IMG/VR virus record: IMGVR_UViG_3300030433_001707 | Coordinates: 1 to 39,805 of that record | Reading direction: 5' to 3' (one strand) | Source of the DNA: a virus | Lineage: Duplodnaviria > Caudoviricetes | Length of the DNA: 39,805 nt | Shown here: piece after piece, positions 26,522-34,372 of the stretch | How positions within the stretch are numbered: the first letter of the stretch is position 1 | How the letters are laid out: each line of letters begins with the position of its first letter | Notes under the pieces: model-generated | What the model was told of the DNA's origin: nothing | Database searches by the model: none | Seen by the model: only the letters and a program-made list of their open reading frames with translations | Translations under genes and position numbers: made by a program

Positions 26522-27604
26522 TCAAGCCTTGAGGCCGTTGTCCAGAGGAGAGTTGACGAAGATCTCAACCGCAGGGATGAGGTCGATGTCGTAGGTAGCT
26601 TCCCAGTTGCTACCAGTACGCAGGTTTGCGTTGGTGGGGTTGTCAGAAGAGGAGGTCCACTTGGTGCCCATGATGTGATAAGCACCGTGGTAGTCCACAG
26701 ACAGGACGTCCTGCTTGGACAGCACGTTACGGTCAGCTTCAATGCGAAGATCCTGCTGCACACCCTCAAGGATGGTGCCGGACTTCACGAGGTAGCAACG
26801 GAACTCTTGGCGGTTGCCAGAAGAGGTCGGGTCGTTGATGTTGCACAGAGAGTCAACAATGACTCGGCAACCAGCAAACTCACCAACCTCGCGAGCGCCG
26901 ATACCAACGCCACCGCCACCCCAAGTCACTGCGCCAGAAGCAGACAGTGCAGAGGTGGAGAAGGTCAGCATTCCCACCTGATACAGGTAGTAAGCGACGG
27001 AGGGGTGGACAATCAGAGTGTCCAGCTCTTCACCACGCTCACCCAGCAAGGAGCGGGCTTCTGCCATCGTAGAAGCAGTCAGGTAGTTGGCTTCAGCGGT
27101 AGAACCGGAGCCACCCAGTTGCTTCTCAAGACGGTGAGAATTGAGAGCGGTGTGGAACAGACCAGTCAGTTGCTCGAACAGACGGGTTGCATTCAGCTTG
27201 TTAATGGCATCAGCCAGCTGGTTGCGGATGTGAAGCATCGGGTCTTCACCGGCAGCCAAAACTGCAACGTCATCCACGGCATACGCGAAACCGCGGTGAA
27301 CGATGGATGCAATCTGGGTTCCGGTGCCAACCTTTTGAGGGGTCAGGTAACCAGCGCCACTGGTGCCCCAAGTTGCGGTGCCGTCGAAGATTTCTTCGGT
27401 CGGTGCAACGGGGTTGAACTCAGGAACTTGAATCCGGGTGCCGCCTTCGCGTGCATCCAGAAGAGCATTACGCACCACAGCGCCGCTCTTCAGCAGCATG
27501 GAACGCTCTTTGATTGCCTCAGACACATAGGTGCTGAGATTATTCCTTTTTACGATGTCCGCCAGAAGGACACCGCCGGAATAATTCTGAAATGGAGCAG
27601 CCAT
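26522..27604 (-). CDS. Major capsid protein
   Basis: 360 aa after the scaffold; strongly biased codons; DVAVLAAGEDPM, LIVHPSVAYYL and FAGCRVIVD motifs; downstream terminator. Confidence 0.88.
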   Translation of the reverse strand: MAAPFQNYSGGVLLADIVKRNNLSTYVSEAIKERSMLLKSGAVVRNALLDAREGGTRIQVPEFNPVAPTEEIFDGTATWGTSGAGYLTPQKVGTGTQIASIVHRGFAYAVDDVAVLAAGEDPMLHIRNQLADAINKLNATRLFEQLTGLFHTALNSHRLEKQLGGSGSTAEANYLTASTMAEARSLLGERGEELDTLIVHPSVAYYLYQVGMLTFSTSALSASGAVTWGGGGVGIGAREVGEFAGCRVIVDSLCNINDPTSSGNRQEFRCYLVKSGTILEGVQQDLRIEADRNVLSKQDVLSVDYHGAYHIMGTKWTSSSDNPTNANLRTGSNWEATYDIDLIPAVEIFVNSPLDNGLKA

Positions 27605-27668
27605 TTCTTATTCGGGATTGAGGTTTGCGGGGTTCAAGTCACAGACTTGAGGTGGTGTCCCACAGGGA

Positions 27669-28373
27669 CTATTTACCGGCCTCTCGCTTGAGCACAGCTG
27701 CAAGGTCAGGGTCGGTAGCTTCCAAGGCCATTTGCCTGGTTAAGTTAATACTACCTTCCAACCAAGGATTAGCGATACCTGCGGCACCAGCAGTTCCAGT
27801 TGTTGGCTTAGCACCCATGCCAGCTTGAGCACTTGGCTTGAAGTGATGCTCATAACCAGAGCCAGGATTTTTTAGCTTGCCGAGATAGACATTGATGTCT
27901 TCTTCGACGCCACCGTTGAGAACTTTGACGCTGCCGTCATCAGCTTTTTTCAGATTGCTCTGGACAAGCTGCAACATTTGCTCAGCGTTGATCGCACCAG
28001 CCTGGCTAATCGCAGACAACGCAGAAGTCTTCATTGCAGCGGTTTCGTTGGAAGCACGAAGATCCGCTAGCTGTCGCTCCAAATCAGCGATCTGTTGATC
28101 TTTGGTTTGAGCCGTTTTGTTGGCCTCTTCCCAAAGGTCCTTCCACTGGCCTTGATCTTCTAGTGTTTTGCGCCGCTGCTCGTCTTGTTTTTTGTAAACG
28201 TCGTCAAGCTTGCCTTTGATGCCTTGGAATTTTTCCTCGGCCTCAGCAGCACGTTGTTGAAGCGCTTGAATTTGCTGCTCGTAAGCAGAAACATCAACAG
28301 CAGGAGTTTCAGTCGCAGCCACAGGCTGTTCAGGTGACGCCACGGGCGTCTCCTGGATGACTTGTTCTTCCAT
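27669..28373 (-). CDS. Capsid scaffolding protein
   Basis: Acidic coiled coil, EDQGQWKDLWE, GMG...NPW C-terminus; between portal and MCP. Confidence 0.8.
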   Translation of the reverse strand: MEEQVIQETPVASPEQPVAATETPAVDVSAYEQQIQALQQRAAEAEEKFQGIKGKLDDVYKKQDEQRRKTLEDQGQWKDLWEEANKTAQTKDQQIADLERQLADLRASNETAAMKTSALSAISQAGAINAEQMLQLVQSNLKKADDGSVKVLNGGVEEDINVYLGKLKNPGSGYEHHFKPSAQAGMGAKPTTGTAGAAGIANPWLEGSINLTRQMALEATDPDLAAVLKREAGK

Positions 28374-28387
28374 TATTAGAAGTGAAT

Positions 28388-28552
28388 TTACTCTTCTACT
28401 TTACTAGCTTTTGTTTTTCTGGTTGCTTTGGGCTTAGCAGCAGGCTTTGCAGGGGTTTCTGCTTTCTTTTCAGAAGCAGGATCCCAAGAATCAACAAGCT
28501 CCCATTTATAGGAACCATCAGCTTGCAATACCTTGTCGAGAGACTTGGCCAT
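28388..28552 (-). CDS. Small Lys/Ala/Pro-rich protein (54 aa)
   Basis: Not in the track. MAKSLDKVLQADGSYKWELV...PAKPAAKPKATRKTKASKVEE*. Confidence 0.65.
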   Translation of the reverse strand: MAKSLDKVLQADGSYKWELVDSWDPASEKKAETPAKPAAKPKATRKTKASKVEE

Positions 28553-28573
28553 GCTGTAAAAAGCGATTTAGCC

Positions 28574-30025
28574 CTACTGTAACTCTGGTGCGGAATCTGG
28601 CGACTCAGCAGCTGTTGGCAGGATTTCACCTTGAACCAGCATGTCGCGGAACTCTTCACGACTGATCACTTGATCTTCGAACAGCTGACCCATCGCTGCA
28701 ATGTCCTGGCCAATCAGACGTTGCAGGTCAAAGTCACGACTGATCTTCACCTCGGGTGGCTTGATACCCAGATAATCAGCGGCCATGTTGTAAGCCTTCT
28801 GCAAGCCAGATTCCAGATCCATCGACACCATTGACAACATCGAGTTGGTGTCAATTCGATCCAGACGGCGTGCATCCGCAGATTCAGCAACAAATTTCTG
28901 TTGGCTCAGCGTGCTGATACCCAACGTCGCCATTTGCTGCTGTAACTCCTGGATTTCCGCCGATTGCGCTTCAAACGCGCTTGCCGCAGGCTCCACGTAA
29001 TAGACCTTGTTACCCGGCTGGGTCGCCATCGCGTAATTAACGCTGATAGCCATGTCTTTCGTTTGGTCGTCCCAGCCCTCAAGGACGAGCATCGGTTGCG
29101 AAGCGATGTGGAGGCTGTGGATAAGGTCCGCTTGACGCTGATAATGGGCCAGATTGAGATGAGCAATGTCCAGTAGCGGTGGCTTACTGGTCATTGTGTC
29201 CGTTTTATTTGCATAGATCGTTACCAACGGAATCTGACCAAGTGAGAAATCGCCAGATTCAACCAGTTCGTACTCCGCTGCAGCGTCGGATTGATCGAAC
29301 GAAGCGGGGTATGGAAACGGCCCTTGCATCTCCGCCTTTTGCTCTTCTTGCCTAAAGACGCGATAACGACCTGGCTCGATGACACGGACTTGGTCATAAA
29401 CTTTTTCGCCAAACTCGCCGTCAGCAACTACGGCTTTTTCCCCAATCCGAACTTGTGTAAGGTTTCCGTAATTGGCTTCGCGGTCCAGTCGCCAACCGTA
29501 GACGTTGGTTGGATCCACCTCAATCCAATAGGGCCGACGATTAAGAGCACGCTCCTCTGCAAGACTTCTCGCGCCCGAAGGCGCAGGAAAATCAACCAGC
29601 GTGTGACAGTGCCCATACGTCAGGGCACAGATCAAGAGTCGTCGAGCGTATTCATCTAAATCCGATCCACATCCATCAACGTCCTTATTAAAGACCTCTG
29701 TCCAATAAGGGTCGCCTTCAATGCTGATTGGTTTGCGAAGAATTAAGCCTGCCGCCGCTCGAAGCAACCGCTGCGTATAAGGCGTAAAAACTGAGCGGTT
29801 GACCCGTGAAAGGTACGCCGAGTAATCCTCACGGGGCTCTAGAGGCAGAAATGTCTCGCAGTTTTCACGCAGATACTCCGTACCGCTTGTAACGGCCTTC
29901 ATGATCTCCCAGCCCTTCATCTGGTCGATCACGGCCCGTGTTCTCACGAACGGACTGTCAACAGTGCCCATGTAGGAACTGCTGACAAGATGCGTTCTAA
30001 CAAGACCGGGAACGGAGTAAGTCAT
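28574..30025 (-). CDS. Portal protein (DUF4055-type)
   Basis: YLSRVNRSVF, ALTYGHCHTLVD, PPLLDIAHLNLAHYQ and AESA motifs; 483 aa. Confidence 0.88.
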   Translation of the reverse strand: MTYSVPGLVRTHLVSSSYMGTVDSPFVRTRAVIDQMKGWEIMKAVTSGTEYLRENCETFLPLEPREDYSAYLSRVNRSVFTPYTQRLLRAAAGLILRKPISIEGDPYWTEVFNKDVDGCGSDLDEYARRLLICALTYGHCHTLVDFPAPSGARSLAEERALNRRPYWIEVDPTNVYGWRLDREANYGNLTQVRIGEKAVVADGEFGEKVYDQVRVIEPGRYRVFRQEEQKAEMQGPFPYPASFDQSDAAAEYELVESGDFSLGQIPLVTIYANKTDTMTSKPPLLDIAHLNLAHYQRQADLIHSLHIASQPMLVLEGWDDQTKDMAISVNYAMATQPGNKVYYVEPAASAFEAQSAEIQELQQQMATLGISTLSQQKFVAESADARRLDRIDTNSMLSMVSMDLESGLQKAYNMAADYLGIKPPEVKISRDFDLQRLIGQDIAAMGQLFEDQVISREEFRDMLVQGEILPTAAESPDSAPELQ

Positions 30026-30045
30026 GACACCTCAGAGTTGAGTTA

Positions 30046-30306
30046 CTAACAGCCCCATCGACGACGAGCCGCTTTACCCCGTTCGCCTGTCCAATTACGG
30101 CTTCGAGCGCAGAAAGAACGCTTACGGGCAGCTTCTTCCTTTGTCTTTGGCTTGCCTGTGACCGGCGGTTTCAAATTAGAACCCGTCTCCCGGTTGTATT
30201 TAGCCCGACCTTTAGCGGTCAGGCCAGCACCTTTACTAGCAGGCAGCTTCTCGCCACGGCCAACACTAAGGTTGGGACCACGCTTACGCTTTTTGCGCTC
30301 TGCCAT
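30046..30306 (-). CDS. Small highly basic protein (DUF6321-like)
   Basis: GLTAKGRAKYNRETGSNLK...RKRSFCAR...RRWGC. Confidence 0.75.
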   Translation of the reverse strand: MAERKKRKRGPNLSVGRGEKLPASKGAGLTAKGRAKYNRETGSNLKPPVTGKPKTKEEAARKRSFCARSRNWTGERGKAARRRWGC

Positions 30307-30317
30307 CGTCCTAACCC

Positions 30318-30740
30318 TTATTGAAGGTTAGAGGTGATAGCGCCGCTGGTGACGAAGTTGCAAGTGGCAACAACCAGATCACCCACGGTGGAGCTGATGT
30401 CCATGCTGGTGATGATGCCTGCAAAGCTCACGCTGTCAGAACCAGAAGTCGTGCCGGTTGTAAACAGCTCAAACGTGGCGTCTGCAGTGTCCGAAGCCGT
30501 AATTACGTCTTCAATAAAAGCTGCTTGACCCGTTGCGTCTGGATCGTAAACCAGCTCAACTGTGCCAGAACCTGAAATCAGGCTGCCGACAAATGCACGA
30601 GTGGTGTCACCGTGGTCGGTAACATCCAGCGTGTCTTTGGTGATGTTCAGCGTCCAGCTGCGAGTACCAACGATGGTTGCGTTGGAAGAACCAGCAGCAT
30701 CAAACTGAACGGCACCCTGCTCTCCGCGAAGGATGGCCAT
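30318..30740 (-). CDS. Major tail tube protein (probable)
   Basis: RSWTLNITKDTLDVTD...SGSGTVEL...FAGIITS...FVTSG tube-protein pattern; codon bias like the MCP gene. Confidence 0.75.
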   Translation of the reverse strand: MAILRGEQGAVQFDAAGSSNATIVGTRSWTLNITKDTLDVTDHGDTTRAFVGSLISGSGTVELVYDPDATGQAAFIEDVITASDTADATFELFTTGTTSGSDSVSFAGIITSMDISSTVGDLVVATCNFVTSGAITSNLQ

Positions 30741-30780
30741 GATTAGACATAGGAAGGGTCTATAACTCGATTCTAACTCG

Positions 30781-31179
30781 TCAACCCTGATAAACCACGC
30801 CTATCTTGCACAGCACGCTCGGTGTTCCAGAAGCAATCGAGTGAATTCGCACTCGAATATGGTTCGAGACCACGTTTGCAAACGTGTATTCATATTCGCC
30901 AGCGGCGTTAATTTGAATGTTTTCAGGAGTGCCGTTATCATCATCATCATCGTCGCAACAGCGAAAAACCCCGTTTTCGTTAGGGTTTAGTTTTTTCCAT
31001 ACCGTCCCAGTAAAACTGGTTTCTAGGCAAACCTTGAAATCAGCGGCGTTTTGCGATTTGACCGCAAAAAGGAAGTGACCGGAACCTGCATGGATGGCAA
31101 AAGTATCATCAACTGCAGTCAACGTGGTTGATTGACGGTGCTCAACAATGTTGGTGTAACGATGGATTGTATGAGCCAT
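30781..31179 (-). CDS. Beta-sandwich virion-associated hypothetical protein with a CC-poly-Asp loop
   Basis: VCLETSFTG.VW and HIRVRI strands; insert RCCDDDDDDNG. Confidence 0.6.
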   Translation of the reverse strand: MAHTIHRYTNIVEHRQSTTLTAVDDTFAIHAGSGHFLFAVKSQNAADFKVCLETSFTGTVWKKLNPNENGVFRCCDDDDDDNGTPENIQINAAGEYEYTFANVVSNHIRVRIHSIASGTPSVLCKIGVVYQG

Positions 31180-31484
31180 TATTTTTTACCTTTAGGCTTA
31201 CGACGTTTATGCTGATAGCTTATCTTCTTCGAACCCGTTTTTTCACGTTTAAATCGCGCTTTTTCCGAAGGGCTCATCTCACCAGTCGTTTTGGGCGTCT
31301 TGGATGACACCCGTTTTGACGGTCGGCACGCTGGATAGTCCCGCTTTTCGCCTTTAGAGCGCCCACAAGGCTTCCCGGTCTTTATATCGACCCATTTCTC
31401 GTCAAACCATCTGCCCAGGCCGCCACGGCCCTTACTTGGCTTTTTTGGTTTTGCGGGTTTTCGTGGTTTTTTTCGTTCCGCCAC
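31179..31484 (-). CDS. Basic protein, DUF5872-like C-terminal half
   Basis: GTG 31484; GLGRWFDEKWVD...CGRS...YPACRPSKRVSSKTP. Confidence 0.7.
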   Translation of the reverse strand: MAERKKPRKPAKPKKPSKGRGGLGRWFDEKWVDIKTGKPCGRSKGEKRDYPACRPSKRVSSKTPKTTGEMSPSEKARFKREKTGSKKISYQHKRRKPKGKK

Positions 31485-31638
31485 TGGTTGCTTTCCGATA
31501 AGTGCCACCACGCTTCTTATATTCGCGCACCAGCCACGCATTTGCATACGCGCTCGGATAAACCGCGAATTTGCGCTTGGCTTCAGCCTTTACGCGAGCA
31601 TAAAGCGCTTTGTTTACTGGGACGTTTTCACTTGCCAC
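31432..31638 (-). CDS. Basic protein, DUF5872-like N-terminal half
   Basis: ALYARVKAEAKRKF.VYPSAYANAWLVREYKKRGG.Y. Confidence 0.75.
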   Translation of the reverse strand: MASENVPVNKALYARVKAEAKRKFAVYPSAYANAWLVREYKKRGGTYRKATSGGTKKTTKTRKTKKAK

Positions 31639-31729
31639 AGCTGCACCGCATCTTCTTGCTGCCCTTCTTCATACCTTTCTTCTTGCCAGCAGGCTTTTTC
31701 TTGCCACCAGCTCCGTAATGACCAGGCAT
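31628..31729 (-). CDS. Lys-rich microprotein (33 aa)
   Basis: Not in the track. MPGHYGAGGKKKPAGKKKGMKKGSKKMRCSCGK*. Confidence 0.65.
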   Translation of the reverse strand: MPGHYGAGGKKKPAGKKKGMKKGSKKMRCSCGK

Positions 31730-31868
31730 GACGCAAATTGCGACGACAAACCTAGTCTAACGACTCAAATGATTGCGGACTAGGACCGGCTCACGCACCT
31801 GCATCCCTCGCTCCTGATCCGCTGCAAGAGACTTGTCCTTCGCCTTTTGGCAAAGTTACCTGGCCATC

Positions 31869-33122
31869 CTAGTAAAGCCGGTAACTGGTTGGCCCTAAAG
31901 TTTCAGGCTTTGCAAGGTTAAATTGTTGCAGCACCAAATATCCGAAAGCGTCAAAGGCGTGGTCCACTCCTAAATTTTTGTTCGGCAAACCCGTTCCTGG
32001 CGCGTAAGTCAACGTCCGCAACGACTTGATCAACTCCTTACACCTTGGATGGATCTTCACCCGACGCGCTCCAGAAGCATCCATTAGGCCAGTGTTGACT
32101 GCTGTGATCTTGTCGCGGATCTTCCACGGTGATCGCGGTGATTGAACCGTAAAGCCATTACGCCTGAGGATTGCGTGGTCCGTTACGCCAACACCACTAG
32201 TCTTCCTGGCGCCGCCTGTAGGGTCAGGACACGCGATAACTCTGCGATCCACGCCATATCGACGGGTAACTTCCTCCGCAAAATCCCAAGTGGTCGCTCC
32301 ACCCGTCATCATGATTTCATCGAACACATAAAGCGTCTCGCCGTCCTTTACTGCGCAGATGCCACTCATCGGATCCACGTTGAAGTCGACGCCCAGCAGC
32401 AGCGGTTGAATCGAAATATCCTTCGCATCCGTTGAAATGTTGTCGTCCGAAAAGCTGATGGCTACCAAACCAGTCAGGTTCTCGAAGGACGCTTCGAATT
32501 CCTGGCGGAACGTGCGCGAATCAAGTTGAGCGCGGGCTGCTTCGACCTCATGCTTGCTGACGTTTCCTCCTTCAATCGTCGTATAGCACCATCGTTGCCA
32601 ATCTCCGGTTTCGTCCTCTGGGACATAGCACCACAAGTCATAAAACCAACTAGCTGTACCGTCTGGCGTCGAAATAAACAACGCCCAACCCTCCTTATCC
32701 GCTAACGCAGGCCTGATCACCTCAAACCAGACCTCTGAATCCATAAATGCCGCCTCATCTAGCACTACGCCCGACAAACTTCGGCCTCTCAACGCCATTG
32801 CGTTCTCAGTGCCCTTCAGTTCGATCGTTGAACCGTTAATTAGCTCGATCCTGAGGTCTGTTTCGTTTTTAGTCTTGATCCAGACCTTTGGAACTAGCTT
32901 TTTTAACGCCCTCCACGCAATATCTTTGGCCATCCGATACGTCGGAGCACAATAAAAAAACGTTTCACCAGGACGGTTGAGCGCTCCACGAAGCAATTCA
33001 ACGCAGGACAAGTACGATTTGCCGAATCGTCGACCTGCAACCAAGACTCGGAAGCGCTTGTCACTTGAAAAAACTTGGCCCTGTGCCCATCTCAGGCTTA
33101 CGGGCTCTGCTTTTGTGCTCAT
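31869..33122 (-). CDS. terL: Terminase large subunit
   Basis: AGRRFGKS Walker A, VVLDEAA Walker B, FISTP coupling motif, GVDFN nuclease motif, DHAFDAFGY. Likely start ATG 33122. Confidence 0.95.
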   Translation of the reverse strand: MSTKAEPVSLRWAQGQVFSSDKRFRVLVAGRRFGKSYLSCVELLRGALNRPGETFFYCAPTYRMAKDIAWRALKKLVPKVWIKTKNETDLRIELINGSTIELKGTENAMALRGRSLSGVVLDEAAFMDSEVWFEVIRPALADKEGWALFISTPDGTASWFYDLWCYVPEDETGDWQRWCYTTIEGGNVSKHEVEAARAQLDSRTFRQEFEASFENLTGLVAISFSDDNISTDAKDISIQPLLLGVDFNVDPMSGICAVKDGETLYVFDEIMMTGGATTWDFAEEVTRRYGVDRRVIACPDPTGGARKTSGVGVTDHAILRRNGFTVQSPRSPWKIRDKITAVNTGLMDASGARRVKIHPRCKELIKSLRTLTYAPGTGLPNKNLGVDHAFDAFGYLVLQQFNLAKPETLGPTSYRLY

Positions 33123-33221
33123 GCCTATTACATTACACAGGTTTTCAACCCCTACCCCCCCTTTCCGCCGTGCCACAACGCAATGTGGGAGGTTATTATC
33201 TGAAAAAAGGTCGATAGGTTG

Positions 33222-33608
33222 ATGCCTGAGCCTCTAACGGATCGCACCACACAAGCAAAAGAAGATCGCATCAGGCGGCTCTATCGACGACAGCTCGACG
33301 GATTGTCGGCTCGTGCGCTTGTCTACGAACACAAGGAGAAAGAACAGATCTCAATCAATACTGCTTGGCGCGACTGGGCAGAAGTTAAAAAGCTCGTTGA
33401 CGAAGACTGGCAAGCTGACCGCGAAAACATGCTGGCGCGGCTTCAACACATGCGCACCAAGCTGTTCCATCAAGCCCTGAAGAAGGGGCAGCTGCAAACC
33501 GCAAGCCAGGTGCTCGATTCCATCGGACGCGTCATCGGTGAATCCGTTGAGACAGTCAACATCCAAGCACCTGAACTAAAAATCTCGATCGAAGACAAGG
33601 GCGACTGA
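33222..33608 (+). CDS. Terminase small subunit-like HTH protein
   Basis: HTH ISINTAWRDW, helical oligomerisation region ASQVLDSIGRVIG and C-terminal strands; adjacent to terL but divergent. Confidence 0.6.
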   Translation: MPEPLTDRTTQAKEDRIRRLYRRQLDGLSARALVYEHKEKEQISINTAWRDWAEVKKLVDEDWQADRENMLARLQHMRTKLFHQALKKGQLQTASQVLDSIGRVIGESVETVNIQAPELKISIEDKGD

Positions 33609-33635
33609 TCCCCACGCTCACAACTTCAGACCCCT

Positions 33636-33658
33636 GCCCCCACCTAGGGGGCTTTTTT
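33636..33658 (+). terminator. Intrinsic terminator after the TerS-like gene
   Basis: GCCCCC-ACCTA-GGGGGC-TTTTTT. Confidence 0.85.
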
Positions 33659-33753
33659 ATTACACGAATGCTGTTGTACGGATATATGTGTAAGTAGTGG
33701 GTGATGCGATAGCAGTCAGAAAATTTGCAACACCGCCCCCCGCCTTGTAGCCC

Positions 33754-33783
33754 AAAAAAAAAGGACCGAGTGTCAGTCGGTCC
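33754..33783 (-). terminator. Intrinsic terminator of the AT-rich 46-aa gene
   Basis: Minus strand GGACCGA-CTGACAC-TCGGTCC-T9. Confidence 0.85.
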
Positions 33784-33913
33784 AGCGGCTCCAGTTTTCT
33801 AACCATTCTTCTGTTTCTTCTTCTTTAGATTTTTTGTTCAAGATTTGTTGACAAATTTCTAAAGAAGATTCAACTTGAAGAAATTGCTCTTTAAGTTGTT
33901 CGGATAGTTTCAT
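33773..33913 (-). CDS. AT-rich acidic microprotein (46 aa)
   Basis: Not in the track. MKLSEQLKEQFLQVESSLEICQQILNKKSKEEETEEWLENWSRWTD*; has its own promoter and terminator. Confidence 0.7.
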   Translation of the reverse strand: MKLSEQLKEQFLQVESSLEICQQILNKKSKEEETEEWLENWSRWTD

Positions 33914-33941
33914 TTGGTAGTGTAGTTTTATCTACTCTTAT

Positions 33942-33970
33942 AATATAGCACAGGAGCAATTACTTGTCAA
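33942..33970 (-). promoter_or_regulatory. Near-consensus sigma70 promoter
   Basis: TTGACA (33970-33965), 17 bp ending TGC (extended -10), TATATT (33947-33942). Confidence 0.8.
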
Positions 33971-34081
33971 GTAGTAATTGATTAGCATTGCTAATATTAC
34001 TACTGTGTAACATGAGTAATGTTACTGTTTCGTATTGTGTCAGATTCTACTGATGACAATCTAATGTCTTACAATATGGGA

Positions 34082-34116
34082 GTCGACCTAGTCGACGCAC
34101 CTTGAAAACTGCATAG
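34082..34116 (+). promoter_or_regulatory. Hairpin plus cyanobacterial rRNA-type boxA (antitermination site candidate)
   Basis: GTCGAC-CTA-GTCGAC then GCACCTTGAAAA-CTGCATAG, matching the cyanobacterial rrn ITS boxA (GAACCTTGAAAA) and the following D4 (CTGCATA). A TACAAT -10 lies at 34070-34075. Confidence 0.65.
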
Positions 34117-34245
34117 GGAGCAAACCGCACCAAACGGCACAGCCTCCGGGCGACTGTCACAAGGTGTAGAGCGATGTTTCGCATTTTTGCGCCTCGCAAG
34201 GAGCGCTCCCAACAAGACCAACGAACCAACCCACTACTGGAACAA

Positions 34246-34371
34246 ATGAACTCATTTCTACAGTTTGTCGCGGCAATGGTCGCGGCAGGTTCTTTCGGCG
34301 TTGCTGTGGTTCACACTGCGACGTTCCAGAGCCACTCAGGCACTCAAGAATTCGTTCGAGTGGTGCGCTGA
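34246..34371 (+). CDS. Small membrane protein (41 aa), first early gene
   Basis: ATG 34246 after an A/C-rich leader: MNSFLQFVAAMVAAGSFGVAVVHTATFQSHSGTQEFVRVVR. Confidence 0.65.
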   Translation: MNSFLQFVAAMVAAGSFGVAVVHTATFQSHSGTQEFVRVVR

Positions 34372-34372
34372 G

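Noticed and set aside
26231-27691. 486-aa plus-strand ORF
   Set aside because: Antisense shadow of the codon-biased MCP gene; no recognisable motifs.
33922-33935. GTA-N8-TAC NtcA-like box
   Set aside because: Only six specified bases in AT-rich DNA, and no -10 at the activating distance; cannot be distinguished from chance.
34116-34156. Resemblance to the c-di-GMP-I riboswitch (GCAAACC...AGCCTCCGG)
   Set aside because: Lacks the GNRA tetraloop, the receptor and the P2 closing strand; treated as coincidental.
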